From the NCBI GenBank assembly GCA_044221805.1, contig JBGAOK010000001.1, positions 19,030-83,029 of the forward strand: a DNA stretch of 64,000 nt, in the 5' to 3' direction. Below, piece after piece: positions 49,952 to 59,483 of this stretch; the stretch's first letter is position 1, and the number at the start of each line of letters is the position of its first letter. The notes under the pieces are model-generated. The model was not told where the DNA came from. It saw nothing but the letters and a program-made list of their open reading frames with translations, and did no database searches. Both the position numbers and the translations under genes were made by a program. Source of the stretch: Meridianimarinicoccus sp. (lineage in GTDB: Bacteria > Pseudomonadota > Alphaproteobacteria > Rhodobacterales > Rhodobacteraceae).

Positions 49952-50095
49952 GTGTGCCGGCCAAAGGTCGATCGGGCGGTCGGCCCCCTTTTTTGCCCAG
50001 AACCGCCGATTTGGGCATGATTGATGTCAAATTGGGCGTTTTGGAAATATGCAATAATGCATGTATTGCGATTCTGATGATTCAAGGGGGAAATC

Positions 50096-51181
50096 ATGTC
50101 GAATCTCGGTCCGGTTGAGCGCGGTGCGCGTTGTGTTCTGGTTACTGGTGTCGCAGGTTACATCGGAAGTCACACTGCCCTCGCCTTTCTGGATGCCGGC
50201 TGGTCGGTGATCGGTGTCGACAACCTGTCGAAGGGGTGCCGGAGCGCCGTTCCGGACGGTGTGGAGTTCATCCAGCAGGATTGCCAGTCGGTCGCCCTGC
50301 GTGACAGCCTGTCGGGGCGGCAGATCGATGCGGCGGTGCATTTTGCCGGGTTGATCGACGTGGCGGAATCGGTGGTTGAACCCGCAGCCTACTATGCCGC
50401 CAACTTTGGCACCCTGTCGCGCTTCGTCGAGACACTGCTGGTGTTGGGGATCGACTCGGTCGTCTTCTCGTCGACCGCCGCCGTGTACGGGAACGCCGAT
50501 GGCCGGCGGGTGACAGAAGCCGCGCCGACGCAGCCGCAATCGCCCTATGGCCGGTCGAAGCTGTTCGCCGAATGGTTCCTGGCCGACGTGTCGGCAGCGA
50601 CCTCGCTGCGCCACGTCGCGCTCCGCTATTTCAACGTCGCCGGATGCGACGAGCTTGGCCGCGCCGGTCCGCGCGACGGGGCACACCACCTGATCAAGGT
50701 CGTCGCCGAGGCTGCGGTCGGCCGGCGCGAGGCGGTGACGATCCATGGCGAAGATTACCCGACGCCGGACGGCACCGGTGTGCGCGACTACATCCACGTG
50801 AGCGACCTTGCCGACGCCCATGTGGCCGCGGTCGAGTATCTGGTCGCGGGTCAACCGAGCGTGACGCTGAACTGCGGCTATGGCCGCGGCTTTTCGGTCC
50901 GCGAGGTCGTCGACCGTGCGCTCGCGATCTCGGGTTCGACGTTCCGGGTCCACGTCGGCCCGCGGAGGGCGGGAGACAGCGCGTCGGTCATTGCCGACAA
51001 CACCCGGCTGACGTCGGTCCTTCGGTGGGCCCCCAGGCGCGACGATCTGGACCGGATCCTCCGGTCCGCCATCGACTGGGAAAGGCGGCGCGCGGCTTTC
51101 CGTTCCGCCATCCCCGCCCAGGTCTCCGCGGCCACCCCTGACCATCCGGAGGTGCCCGAACAATGGCCCGTGTCTGCGTAG
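50096..51181 (+). CDS. galE: UDP-glucose 4-epimerase
   Basis: GVAGYIGSH, HFAG, FSSTAAVYG, YGRSK, LRYFNVAG, DGTGVRDYIHV. Confidence 0.92.
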   Translation: MSNLGPVERGARCVLVTGVAGYIGSHTALAFLDAGWSVIGVDNLSKGCRSAVPDGVEFIQQDCQSVALRDSLSGRQIDAAVHFAGLIDVAESVVEPAAYYAANFGTLSRFVETLLVLGIDSVVFSSTAAVYGNADGRRVTEAAPTQPQSPYGRSKLFAEWFLADVSAATSLRHVALRYFNVAGCDELGRAGPRDGAHHLIKVVAEAAVGRREAVTIHGEDYPTPDGTGVRDYIHVSDLADAHVAAVEYLVAGQPSVTLNCGYGRGFSVREVVDRALAISGSTFRVHVGPRRAGDSASVIADNTRLTSVLRWAPRRDDLDRILRSAIDWERRRAAFRSAIPAQVSAATPDHPEVPEQWPVSA

Positions 51182-52314
51182 TCATCCCTGCCTACAACGC
51201 GGTGGCAACCCTGGCGCGGACGGTCGCGAGTGCCTGCGCGCAAAGCCATGAGGATCTCGAGATCTTCATCGTCGATGACGGTTCGACTGACGCGACGCTC
51301 GCCCTGGCAGGGAGTCTCGCCGCCGCCGACCCGCGCATCACGGTCCTGCACCAGGCCAATGCCGGCGTGGCGGCGGCCCGGAATAATGCGCTGGCCCGGA
51401 CCGACTGTGCGCTGACCACCTGGCTCGATGCGGACGACCTCTGGCATCCCGAGAAGATCGCCCGGCAGCTCGCGGTCTACGAAACGGCGCGCGAGAAGCC
51501 CAGTCTCATCTATACCGGATACCGCCTGATTGACGCCGACGACCGCATCATCGCCAATTTCCGCACCCTCGCGGATGTGTCCGGCCACACCATCTGCCGC
51601 CAGATCGCGACCAACTTCTTCAGCAACGTGAGCAGCATCATGGCTCCGACCGCCCTGGCCCGCCGGTTCGGCGGCCATGACCCGCGGCTGCGCGCCTGGG
51701 GCATCGAGGGGGCCGAGGACCTGCTGCTCCAGTTGCAGCTTGCGACGGTTGGCCCCTTGGCCTGCTGCAATCAGGCGCTGGTGGGGTACCGGATGCATCG
51801 TCACAACATGTCGTTGAGCCACCGCCGTGCCGCCAGATCGAACGCGCGGGCGCTCGAGCTTGTCGCCGAGATGGCTCCGGACCTGCCCGGCTGGGTTTTC
51901 CGGATGGGGCACGCCCGGACCGTCGGCTATGCCCTCCACCTTGCCCGCGGTGGCGATCTGTCCGGGGCGCTGTCGCTGATCCGCGATCTGGCCGTGCGGC
52001 AGCCGGGCTATACCGGCCTGATGCTCGCCCTGATCCTGGGTTCGACCATCGGACGCGCCACCGGGCTGGTCACGCTGGCCGATCCCGATCTCGGCCGGCC
52101 CTTCCTCGACGCCGCGCCCGAGCGGGCGCCGTGGCACGGGCACATGCTGATCACGCCCTGGCACTTGCGGGCCTTGCAGAAGGCCGACCGGGAGTGGGCC
52201 GCCCGGCGGTTCCCCGGCACCGCTGCGGGCCGAGACGCGACCGCCACCGGGTACGGGCCTGCCGCCTGCGCCAATCTGGACCTGGTCACCGGGGGCGGAA
52301 AGCTCCATGGCTGA
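51163..52314 (+). CDS. Glycosyltransferase family 2
   Basis: VVIPAYN, VDDGSTD, NAGVAAARN, LDADDLW, GAED. Confidence 0.88.
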   Translation: MARVCVVIPAYNAVATLARTVASACAQSHEDLEIFIVDDGSTDATLALAGSLAAADPRITVLHQANAGVAAARNNALARTDCALTTWLDADDLWHPEKIARQLAVYETAREKPSLIYTGYRLIDADDRIIANFRTLADVSGHTICRQIATNFFSNVSSIMAPTALARRFGGHDPRLRAWGIEGAEDLLLQLQLATVGPLACCNQALVGYRMHRHNMSLSHRRAARSNARALELVAEMAPDLPGWVFRMGHARTVGYALHLARGGDLSGALSLIRDLAVRQPGYTGLMLALILGSTIGRATGLVTLADPDLGRPFLDAAPERAPWHGHMLITPWHLRALQKADREWAARRFPGTAAGRDATATGYGPAACANLDLVTGGGKLHG

Positions 52315-52338
52315 GGGATCAACACCGGGGCACCCGGT

Positions 52339-53895
52339 ATGCTGCCGGATCCGCTGATGTCTGCGCAGTGGAGCCGGGCGGCCCGGACAGCCGCGGCCAG
52401 CATCATGGCACTCACCCTGATGCTGGCCGTGTATCTGCTGAACGGTGCGCCGCTGTTCTATCATGATACCGGCGGGTATCTGGAACAGGGGCACGACATC
52501 CTGGAAGCCCTTGCGGTTTCGCCACCTCAAGCCATACCGTCCCGACCACCCGGAGATGCCGCGCCCGCGATCGCCGCTGCCGCCGACAAGACCATTCAGG
52601 CCAGCCGTTCCGCAATCTACGGGCTTGCACTGGCGACCATCGACGTTGTCGGACCGCTCGATCTGGCGGTGCTGGCGAATGTCATCCTGATCTGGGCGGC
52701 CACGTTTCTGGTTGCCCGCCGCTTCGCCGATCCTGCGCCCTGTTCGGCGGGCCTTCTGACGGCAGCGGCGCTGTCCGTCGCAAGCCTGTCCGCGCTGCCT
52801 TTCTATGTCGCCTTCCTGATGCCCGACATCCTAGCTCCGGTCCTTCTGCTGATGCTGGCCCTGCTTTGTGCGTTCTGGGGCGAGATGGGGCGGTGGGAAC
52901 GGGCGTCCGCGGCGGGTCTGGCGGTGGCGGCCATCCTCTGCCATCCCTCGCATCTGCTGACCGCCGCCGCCTTTCTGCCGTTCGGCCTGATCGCGTCTCC
53001 GCTTCTGACGCGACGCCGCCTGATCGTGCTGGGCGCCGTTGCGGTTGCGCTGGTCGGGATTGGCGTACTCGAAAGGGTCGCCTTCGTCGCCGGCGTCGAA
53101 CGTCTCGGCGGGCGGCACGCAGAGATGATGCCGTTCCTGACCGCCCGTCTGATCGAGGACGGTCCGGGCCTTGACTATCTCGAGGCGCATTGCCCGGAAC
53201 CGGGCCTTGCTACCTGTGCCCTGCTTGGTCCCTTGTCGGAATCCGACGATCCCGCCCGCCTGCTGTCCCACAACATTCTCTTTGCCCGCGATCCCGCCAT
53301 CGGCTCGTTGCGGAATCTGGACCGCGGCGTACAAACCGCGATCAGTGCCGAGCAGCTTGATTTCTCGGGCAGGGTGATCGCGGAGAATCCCGTCGGTGTC
53401 ACTGGCGCCCTGGGGTCAAACACGCTCACCCAGCTTGGCTATGTGAGGGTGGACATGACGCTGCCCAGGCCCGGCCTTCTGGAGAGCGTGCAGGGCAACT
53501 ACGGAAAGGTCGTCAGCGGTCTCAGGGGCGGCCGTCTGATCGATGCGGACCGGGCCTGGCTTGAACCTCTCGCGAGCCTGCACCGGGCGGTCTACCTGAT
53601 CTCGATCGCGTCGCTGCTTTACTTGCTGGTACGCCCAGGCGGGCTGCCTGCTGGGTCCCGAAGCCTGATCGGCCTCGTCTTCATCGGCCTCGTGGTCCAT
53701 GCCGCCGTCTGCGGCGGGCTCTCGGTTCCCGCCCACCGCTATGGGGCCAGAGTGGCAATCGTCCTTCCCGTTCTGGCAACGATCATGACCGCCGCTTCGT
53801 TTTGCATCGCCCGCGGTCCGGCGGTGTCGGGCCGGGACGCAGGACCATCCGCACCTGCCGGTATCCGAAGTGGCCGCTCGTGTCGGACGGACTGA
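52339..53895 (+). CDS. Polytopic membrane protein, possible GT-C fold glycosyltransferase
   Basis: About 11-12 TM segments, NG.PLFYHDTGGY after TM1, LMPDI, large hydrophilic loop; GT-C assignment is inference. Confidence 0.55.
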   Translation: MLPDPLMSAQWSRAARTAAASIMALTLMLAVYLLNGAPLFYHDTGGYLEQGHDILEALAVSPPQAIPSRPPGDAAPAIAAAADKTIQASRSAIYGLALATIDVVGPLDLAVLANVILIWAATFLVARRFADPAPCSAGLLTAAALSVASLSALPFYVAFLMPDILAPVLLLMLALLCAFWGEMGRWERASAAGLAVAAILCHPSHLLTAAAFLPFGLIASPLLTRRRLIVLGAVAVALVGIGVLERVAFVAGVERLGGRHAEMMPFLTARLIEDGPGLDYLEAHCPEPGLATCALLGPLSESDDPARLLSHNILFARDPAIGSLRNLDRGVQTAISAEQLDFSGRVIAENPVGVTGALGSNTLTQLGYVRVDMTLPRPGLLESVQGNYGKVVSGLRGGRLIDADRAWLEPLASLHRAVYLISIASLLYLLVRPGGLPAGSRSLIGLVFIGLVVHAAVCGGLSVPAHRYGARVAIVLPVLATIMTAASFCIARGPAVSGRDAGPSAPAGIRSGRSCRTD

Positions 53896-53966
53896 GAAGC
53901 CGCCCCGTTTTCGATCAGCAACCGGCGAACTTCAGGGCCTGCCTAGCCTTGGTGAAAGCGCGGCGG

Positions 53967-54198
53967 GTCAGGATCACATCACGCTGAAATTCCGTGAGGA
54001 TTTGCAGCACAGTCCCGGCAAGGCTGCGCAGGACGTCGCCGTCACCGGCCTTCGGCAGCGTCTCCTTCAGCGCCATTCTGTCGTCGGCCGCCGGGGTCTC
54101 TTGAGGCTCGGGCTGAAGTCCGCAATCGCCACCCCGGCCGACACCCCGATGGCCACCCCGACCATCCCAGAAACACCACCACCTCCGTGGACGCTGAC
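53967..54198 (-). mobile_element. Miniature IS256-family remnant
   Basis: DRMALKETLPKAGDGDVLRSLAGTVLQIL resembles an IS256 transposase N-terminus; both edges read GTCAG inward (weak IR). Confidence 0.6.
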
Positions 54199-54284
54199 AA
54201 CCTGTCCCACAGGGCTTCCTCCCTTCCGGCGAAAGGATCGCACCGTCAGACCGTGGGATGAAACACCTGGCGGGGCGGTGCGGG

Positions 54285-55097
54285 TCAGCCGCTGGCGAGC
54301 AGGGTGCGGGTCGCGGCCATGGCCTGGCGGGCACGGGCGGCGGGCGTGCAGCTGCGGGCGCGGTCGAGATGCGGGATCTCGAGGCTGAGCACGATTCCGG
54401 CGGGCAGGGCACGGACCAGCCCGGCAAGGTCGATGTCGCCTTCGCCGGGATAGAGCCGGGCGCCCCGCGCGGTGGCGATCAGCCCGGCGTCACTGACGTC
54501 GTAGCTTCCGGGGGCATCGCAGATCTGGGCGTAGTGGATCATCCGGGCGGGCAAGTCGGCGACCTCGGCCAGCGTGCTGCCCGAGCGCTGCAGATGGATC
54601 GCGTCGACCAGCACGCCACCGTTGGCAAGGCCCGCCGCCTCGACGATGGCACGGGCCTGGGCGAGGGTCTTCACCGCGGTCCAAGGCATGAATTCCAGAT
54701 CCGCGGTCAGGCCATGGGCTGCGGCCAGTTCGCAGAAACGGGCGAAGCTGTCGGCCAGCCGGGCATGGTCGGGATCGTCCCCGGCCACCAGAACGTTCCT
54801 TGCCCCCAGCCTTTCGCCGAGCGCGAGAAAGCGGGCGAAGCCGGCGATGTCGGTGGCGGGCCCGAGGCGAGCGATCTCGATGTCGGCAAGGCCGACGCCG
54901 GTGTCGCGCAGCGCCGCCGCCACCTCGCGCTGCAACCCGGTGTCGGTCAGGATGGGGTAAGGGCCTTCGCCCTGCGCGGCGGCCGGCAGGAAGCGCAGGC
55001 CGACAAGGTCATAGCCGGTTTCAGCGGCAATGCGGACGGCCTCGACCGGGCCGGCGTCGAACACGGTGAGGAAGGCGAGCGACAATCTGTGGGTCAT
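54285..55097 (-). CDS. Xylose isomerase-like TIM barrel protein (sugar phosphate isomerase/dehydratase family)
   Basis: LEFMPW, LVDAIH, YAQICDA, RLYPGEG, SLEIP metal-binding pattern. Confidence 0.85.
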   Translation of the reverse strand: MTHRLSLAFLTVFDAGPVEAVRIAAETGYDLVGLRFLPAAAQGEGPYPILTDTGLQREVAAALRDTGVGLADIEIARLGPATDIAGFARFLALGERLGARNVLVAGDDPDHARLADSFARFCELAAAHGLTADLEFMPWTAVKTLAQARAIVEAAGLANGGVLVDAIHLQRSGSTLAEVADLPARMIHYAQICDAPGSYDVSDAGLIATARGARLYPGEGDIDLAGLVRALPAGIVLSLEIPHLDRARSCTPAARARQAMAATRTLLASG

Positions 55098-55106
55098 CGG
55101 GGCGGT

Positions 55107-55718
55107 CTACTGAAGCGGAGAGAAGGGCAGCGGCAGGGCGATGGCCGAGGTCATCTCGGGGGTGAGCCAGTCGGGACCGCCGGGGGCGGGCCACTTGCCG
55201 TCCTTCACCGAACGGCTGCGCGCGTCGGTGCGGTCGGCGAGCGAGCCGTAGGGCCAGATCTGCGCCACCCTCGGCGGGCCGTCGAGCCCCCAGCCGGCGA
55301 ACAGCAACGGCGAATAGGCCGACCTTCCGGGGATGGCGCCGCGCCATTTCTCCTGGGTCTCGGCGACGCCGTTCAGGCGGGTGCGGTAGGTGCGGAATTC
55401 GTAGACCGGGCCGAGGGCGCCGGTCGTCACCGGGGGCAGGAAATCGAACGGCTGGTAGCTGTCGAAGCGCAGGTCGACGAGGAAGTCCATGCAGCCCATC
55501 GGGTCGGCGGAAAGCAGCGCCCGGCGGCGTTCCGCCATCATCTGGTCGAGGCTGTCGAAGCCGCGCAGCACGAGGATTTCGTTCAGTGGGCCGATGTCGG
55601 TGCCGAAGGCGCCGAGTAGCCGGCCGGTGCCAGCCTTGAGCCAGGCCTCCAGCCCGGCCGCGGCCTTGCCGGCGCCGAAGATCACCGTCTTCAGGGTTGC
55701 GATCTCGTAACAGGTCAT
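55107..55718 (-). CDS. NIPSNAP family protein (two domains)
   Basis: YEIATL..GRLLG.F.TDIGPLNE, YEFRTY, QIWPY.SL..R, PFSPLQ. Confidence 0.8.
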   Translation of the reverse strand: MTCYEIATLKTVIFGAGKAAAGLEAWLKAGTGRLLGAFGTDIGPLNEILVLRGFDSLDQMMAERRRALLSADPMGCMDFLVDLRFDSYQPFDFLPPVTTGALGPVYEFRTYRTRLNGVAETQEKWRGAIPGRSAYSPLLFAGWGLDGPPRVAQIWPYGSLADRTDARSRSVKDGKWPAPGGPDWLTPEMTSAIALPLPFSPLQ

Positions 55719-57439
55719 TGGGTGGTCTCCAGATCCCGCTCCTGCGGGGTTTCGGCGCCGGTGACGGGCAGTCCTGCCAGCACCCGCGCCGCGATGTAGC
55801 CGAAGGTCATCCCCGGCCCGAGGGTGATGCCGCCCGACGGATAGTGCCCGCCGAAGATCGATGCCGCGTCGTTGCCCACGGCGAACAGGCCTGCGACCGG
55901 ATTGCCGTCCGCGCCCAGCACCCGGGCCGAGGGATCGGTCCTGAGGCCGGCAAAGGTGCCGAGGCTGCCGGGGACGATCTTCACTGCATAGAACGGCGCG
56001 CGGTTGAGCGGGCCGAGGCTTTGCCCCGCGTCGCCCTGCACGCGGTTGTAGGTCGACAGGCCGCGGCTGAAATCCAGGTCGCGGCCCTGTCGGGCGAGGT
56101 CGTTGAAGCGGGCGACGGTGGCTTCCAGCGCGGCCACCGGCAGGCCGCAGGTCAGCGCAAGCTCGGCCAGCGTCCGGCCGCACTTCAGGTAGCCGGCGCG
56201 CCGGGCCGGGCCGGTCGGGAAGGGGAACGGCTTCGCCCAGCCCAGCCCGTAACGGCGCTGCGCCCTGTGGTCGGCGATCAGCCAGGCATGCGGCGCGCCC
56301 CGGTCGAGCATCGCCTTCAGGACGTCGTGGTAGCTGTCCGCCTCGTTCACGAAGCGTTGCCCGTCGGGGTCAACCATGATGATGCCGGGCTTGGCGCGTT
56401 CGACCAGATGCGGAAAGCGCTTCGCACCAGCCTTGCCCGGCACCAGCGAGACCGGCGCCCAGGCGGCGGGCTGGTCGAGGTCGAAGTCGGACGCCCCGCC
56501 GGCGGCTTCGCCGAGGCTCAGCCCGTCGCCGGTGTTCTCGGCCGGCGCGGCGGAATGGTGTCCGGTGCCGTCTGCGGCATGGCCGAAATGCGCCGCAATG
56601 CGGGCGCGGTCATGGGGAAAGCCGCCGGCCGCCAGGACCACGCCACGGCGGGCGGCGATGGACACTTCGCGCCCGGCGACGGTCAGCACCGCACCGGTCA
56701 CCCGAACGCCGTCCCGGCACAGCCGCGTCACCGGCGCCGCGGGCAGCAGGGTCACGCCCTTGTCGATGGCGCTGCGCAAGAGCCGGGCCACCAGCGCGTT
56801 GCCGTTCACCAGTTGCATCGACCGATCATGCACCGTGAGGTCACCGGCATGGCGCGCCAACCGCTTCAGCACGTAAAGCGCCGAGGCCGGCCGGCGGGTC
56901 GCGTCGAAGAAATGGCGCATGTCCGCGCCGCCGGCGATCCCCATGCCCCACAGGCTGACCACGTCAAGCGGCGGGCGCAGTCGCGCGATCATCGGGCCGA
57001 GCGCCCTTCCGTCAAAGGGCGGTACCGAAACCGAGCGGCCTCCCGGCGCGGCGCCGGGCAGGTCGTGGAAATCCGGCACCGCGTTGCCGTCGATCCAGTC
57101 CACCGCCGTCTCGCGGGCGAAGAAGCTGACCATCTCGGGACCGTTCGCCAGAAACGCGTCGATCCGCGGGTCGCTGGCCCGGTTTCCCAGGACCGAGGCC
57201 AGATAGCGCTTCGGTTCGGCCGGATCCTCGTCGATCCCCGCGGCGCGGGCGAGGGGGTTGTGTGGGATCCACAGCCAGCCGCCGGACCAGGCCGAAGTGC
57301 CGCCGAACCAGGGGGCCTTCTCGGCCACGACCACCTTCAGGCCATAATGCGCGGCGGCGACCGCCGTCGCCAGTCCGGCCGCGCCCGAGCCGACCACGAG
57401 CACGTCGCAGTCGCGGGCCGGCTCAATGGCATCGGTCAT
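55715..57439 (-). CDS. FAD-dependent oxidoreductase, 3-ketosteroid dehydrogenase/FAD_binding_2 family
   Basis: VVGSGAAG, GGTSAWSGG, AAGGF, RFVNEA, YPSGGITLGPGMTFGY. Confidence 0.85.
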   Translation of the reverse strand: MTDAIEPARDCDVLVVGSGAAGLATAVAAAHYGLKVVVAEKAPWFGGTSAWSGGWLWIPHNPLARAAGIDEDPAEPKRYLASVLGNRASDPRIDAFLANGPEMVSFFARETAVDWIDGNAVPDFHDLPGAAPGGRSVSVPPFDGRALGPMIARLRPPLDVVSLWGMGIAGGADMRHFFDATRRPASALYVLKRLARHAGDLTVHDRSMQLVNGNALVARLLRSAIDKGVTLLPAAPVTRLCRDGVRVTGAVLTVAGREVSIAARRGVVLAAGGFPHDRARIAAHFGHAADGTGHHSAAPAENTGDGLSLGEAAGGASDFDLDQPAAWAPVSLVPGKAGAKRFPHLVERAKPGIIMVDPDGQRFVNEADSYHDVLKAMLDRGAPHAWLIADHRAQRRYGLGWAKPFPFPTGPARRAGYLKCGRTLAELALTCGLPVAALEATVARFNDLARQGRDLDFSRGLSTYNRVQGDAGQSLGPLNRAPFYAVKIVPGSLGTFAGLRTDPSARVLGADGNPVAGLFAVGNDAASIFGGHYPSGGITLGPGMTFGYIAARVLAGLPVTGAETPQERDLETTQ

Positions 57440-58275
57440 GGCGCCACCGGGCTGACGCTGGGCCCCGGCAGGACCCGGTCGCGGGTGAAATAGCTCGACG
57501 CGGCCGAGGCCTCGCCGATCTCGGCGGCGGCAGCCTTAAGCGATCCGCTCAAGGCTGCCTGCCGCTCGGGCGTCAGGCGCACGGCGGGGCCGGCGACCGA
57601 CAGGCAGCCGATCGGGTGCCGGTCGCCCGATGCCGATGCGGGCGCGAAGATCGGCACCGCCATGGCCGCCATGCCGTCGATGTAGCTGTCGACCGCCACC
57701 GCGAAACCGCGGCGCCGGGCGGCGGCAAGTTCCTCGAGCACGTTGCCAAGGGTCTTGGGTGCTTTCGGCCCGGCGGCAAAGGGCGGCTCGAGCCCCTGCC
57801 GCGCGATCAGGGCGAGGGCCTCGTCGTCGCTGAGCGCGCTGAGCCAGGCCCGACCGCCCGAGGACGAGGCCAGATGCACCACCACGCCCTGTTCCCGCCC
57901 CGGGTCATAGCGCAGGCCGGACGTGGCGCCCTGTGCCACCGCCACCCAGACCAGATCCTTCCCGTCGATGACGCTGAGACGCACCAGTTCCCGGGATTCC
58001 GCCGCCAGCCGGTCGAGAATGGGTTGGGCGATGTCGGTCACGCCCGTCTTGGCGAGAAAGCCGAGACCCAGCGCCGCCAGCCGGATCGTCAGGGCATAGT
58101 CACCCTGCGCCCGCATCTGCCGGACATAGCCGTGTTCCGACAATTCCTTCAGCATCCGGTGCGCCGCGCTGACCGGCAGGTCGAGCGCGCCGGCGATGGC
58201 GCTGATCGGCAGGCCCTCGGGGTGGCCGGCCAGAAGCTCGAGTATCCGCAGGGTGCGTTCCATCACGCCAGACAT
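57436..58275 (-). CDS. IclR family transcriptional regulator
   Basis: ERTLRILELLA..HRML..L..GYV HTH, SSSGGRAWL, AMAVPI. Confidence 0.9.
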   Translation of the reverse strand: MSGVMERTLRILELLAGHPEGLPISAIAGALDLPVSAAHRMLKELSEHGYVRQMRAQGDYALTIRLAALGLGFLAKTGVTDIAQPILDRLAAESRELVRLSVIDGKDLVWVAVAQGATSGLRYDPGREQGVVVHLASSSGGRAWLSALSDDEALALIARQGLEPPFAAGPKAPKTLGNVLEELAAARRRGFAVAVDSYIDGMAAMAVPIFAPASASGDRHPIGCLSVAGPAVRLTPERQAALSGSLKAAAAEIGEASAASSYFTRDRVLPGPSVSPVAP

Positions 58276-59348
58276 GCGACCGCTCCGTGTCGTGTTCCGT
58301 GTTCCGTCGATACCGCAACCCTGCCGCCGGTCCGGGCCGCGGCGCGCACCGCCTCAAGGACACAGAGGTTTTCCATCCCGTCGCGGAGGGTGATGCGGGG
58401 CGCCTCGTCCCCGGCGATGACCGCGGCGAAGTGGCGGATCTGCTCGCCATAGCAGTCGACCGGCCCGACCGGGGCGGCCTCGGCCAGCATCCTGTCGGTC
58501 CAGTCGGGACAGCCGGGGTGTCGCCACCAGGTCATGTCGGGCATCGAGACCCCGGCGCGACTGCCCGCAAACAGGTGCGAGGGGGCCGCATGGGCCGGGA
58601 AGCGCGCCGGGTTCTCGCCTGCGGTGAGATCCCAGGCCCATGGGCCGACGGCGGCGTCCGAGACCGTGACGGTGATCAGCCCGCCCCGCGCCATCTCGAA
58701 GATCAGCGCGGCGGTATCCTCGACCGCGAAGCCGCGCCGCGCGTTCGAGGTGACCGCGGAGACCGCGGCGACCGGCCCGAACAGGTGGCGGATCTGGTCG
58801 ATTTCGTGAATGAGGTTGATCAGCATCGGCCCGCCGTCGCCGGGGCTGCGCCGCCAGTCGGCGCCGAAATAGGCCGCGGGCTTGGCCAGCGTCAGCATCA
58901 CGGTTCCCGCGACCAGATCGCCGAGGCGCCCGGCCGCGATCGCGGCCTTCAGCGCGCGCATCGCCGGGTGGTGGCGCCGATGGTGGCCGACAAGCCCCGG
59001 CACGCCCGCCGCCTCGGAGGCCTCGACCAGGCGGGCGGCCTGCCCGGGGCTTTCGGCGAGCGGCTTCTCGACCAGCACCGGGATGCCGGCTTCGATCGCA
59101 GCCAGCGCTTGCGGGACGTGGAGGGCATTCGGCGTCGCGATGACGATGCCGTCGGGGCGGTTGGCAATCAGCGCCGCCACATCGCGGAACAGCGGGACGC
59201 CATGCTGGCGCGCGAGGGCTTCGGCGGCGGGCGCGGGATCCGCGATGGCCGCGATGGCGGTGCGTTCGCAGGCGGCAATGGCGGTCAGGTGGGTCCTGCC
59301 GATCTCTCCGGCGCCGAGCACGGCGATCTTTGTGCGAGTCGTGTCCAT
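58263..59348 (-). CDS. Gfo/Idh/MocA family NAD(P)-dependent oxidoreductase
   Basis: GAGEIG, ATPNALH, VEKP, VGHHRRH, GGPMLINLIHEID. Confidence 0.9.
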   Translation of the reverse strand: MDTTRTKIAVLGAGEIGRTHLTAIAACERTAIAAIADPAPAAEALARQHGVPLFRDVAALIANRPDGIVIATPNALHVPQALAAIEAGIPVLVEKPLAESPGQAARLVEASEAAGVPGLVGHHRRHHPAMRALKAAIAAGRLGDLVAGTVMLTLAKPAAYFGADWRRSPGDGGPMLINLIHEIDQIRHLFGPVAAVSAVTSNARRGFAVEDTAALIFEMARGGLITVTVSDAAVGPWAWDLTAGENPARFPAHAAPSHLFAGSRAGVSMPDMTWWRHPGCPDWTDRMLAEAAPVGPVDCYGEQIRHFAAVIAGDEAPRITLRDGMENLCVLEAVRAAARTGGRVAVSTEHGTRHGAVACLA

Positions 59349-59395
59349 GGGCGAGGCTTAGCATTGCCCCGCAAAAAATGGAATAACTTTTTAAA

Positions 59396-59412
59396 CTGGA
59401 AATTGGTTCCAG
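59396..59412. promoter_or_regulatory. Palindromic operator in divergent promoter (candidate IclR site)
   Basis: CTGGAA-ATTGG-TTCCAG in an AT-rich divergent spacer; extra TGGAA half-site at 59379. Confidence 0.55.
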
Positions 59413-59483
59413 AATCATGCTACCAGCATCCAGCCGATGGACTCCCGAGGGGGGGCGGCCACGGGCATCACGGGGGGAGAGGC

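Noticed and set aside
50021-50030. FNR box candidate
   Set aside because: TTGATGTCAA lacks the TTGAT-N4-ATCAA spacing
58287-59483. N-terminal 399-aa extension of the second flavoprotein
   Set aside because: Antisense to the Gfo/Idh/MocA gene and crosses the promoter; real start is 59484
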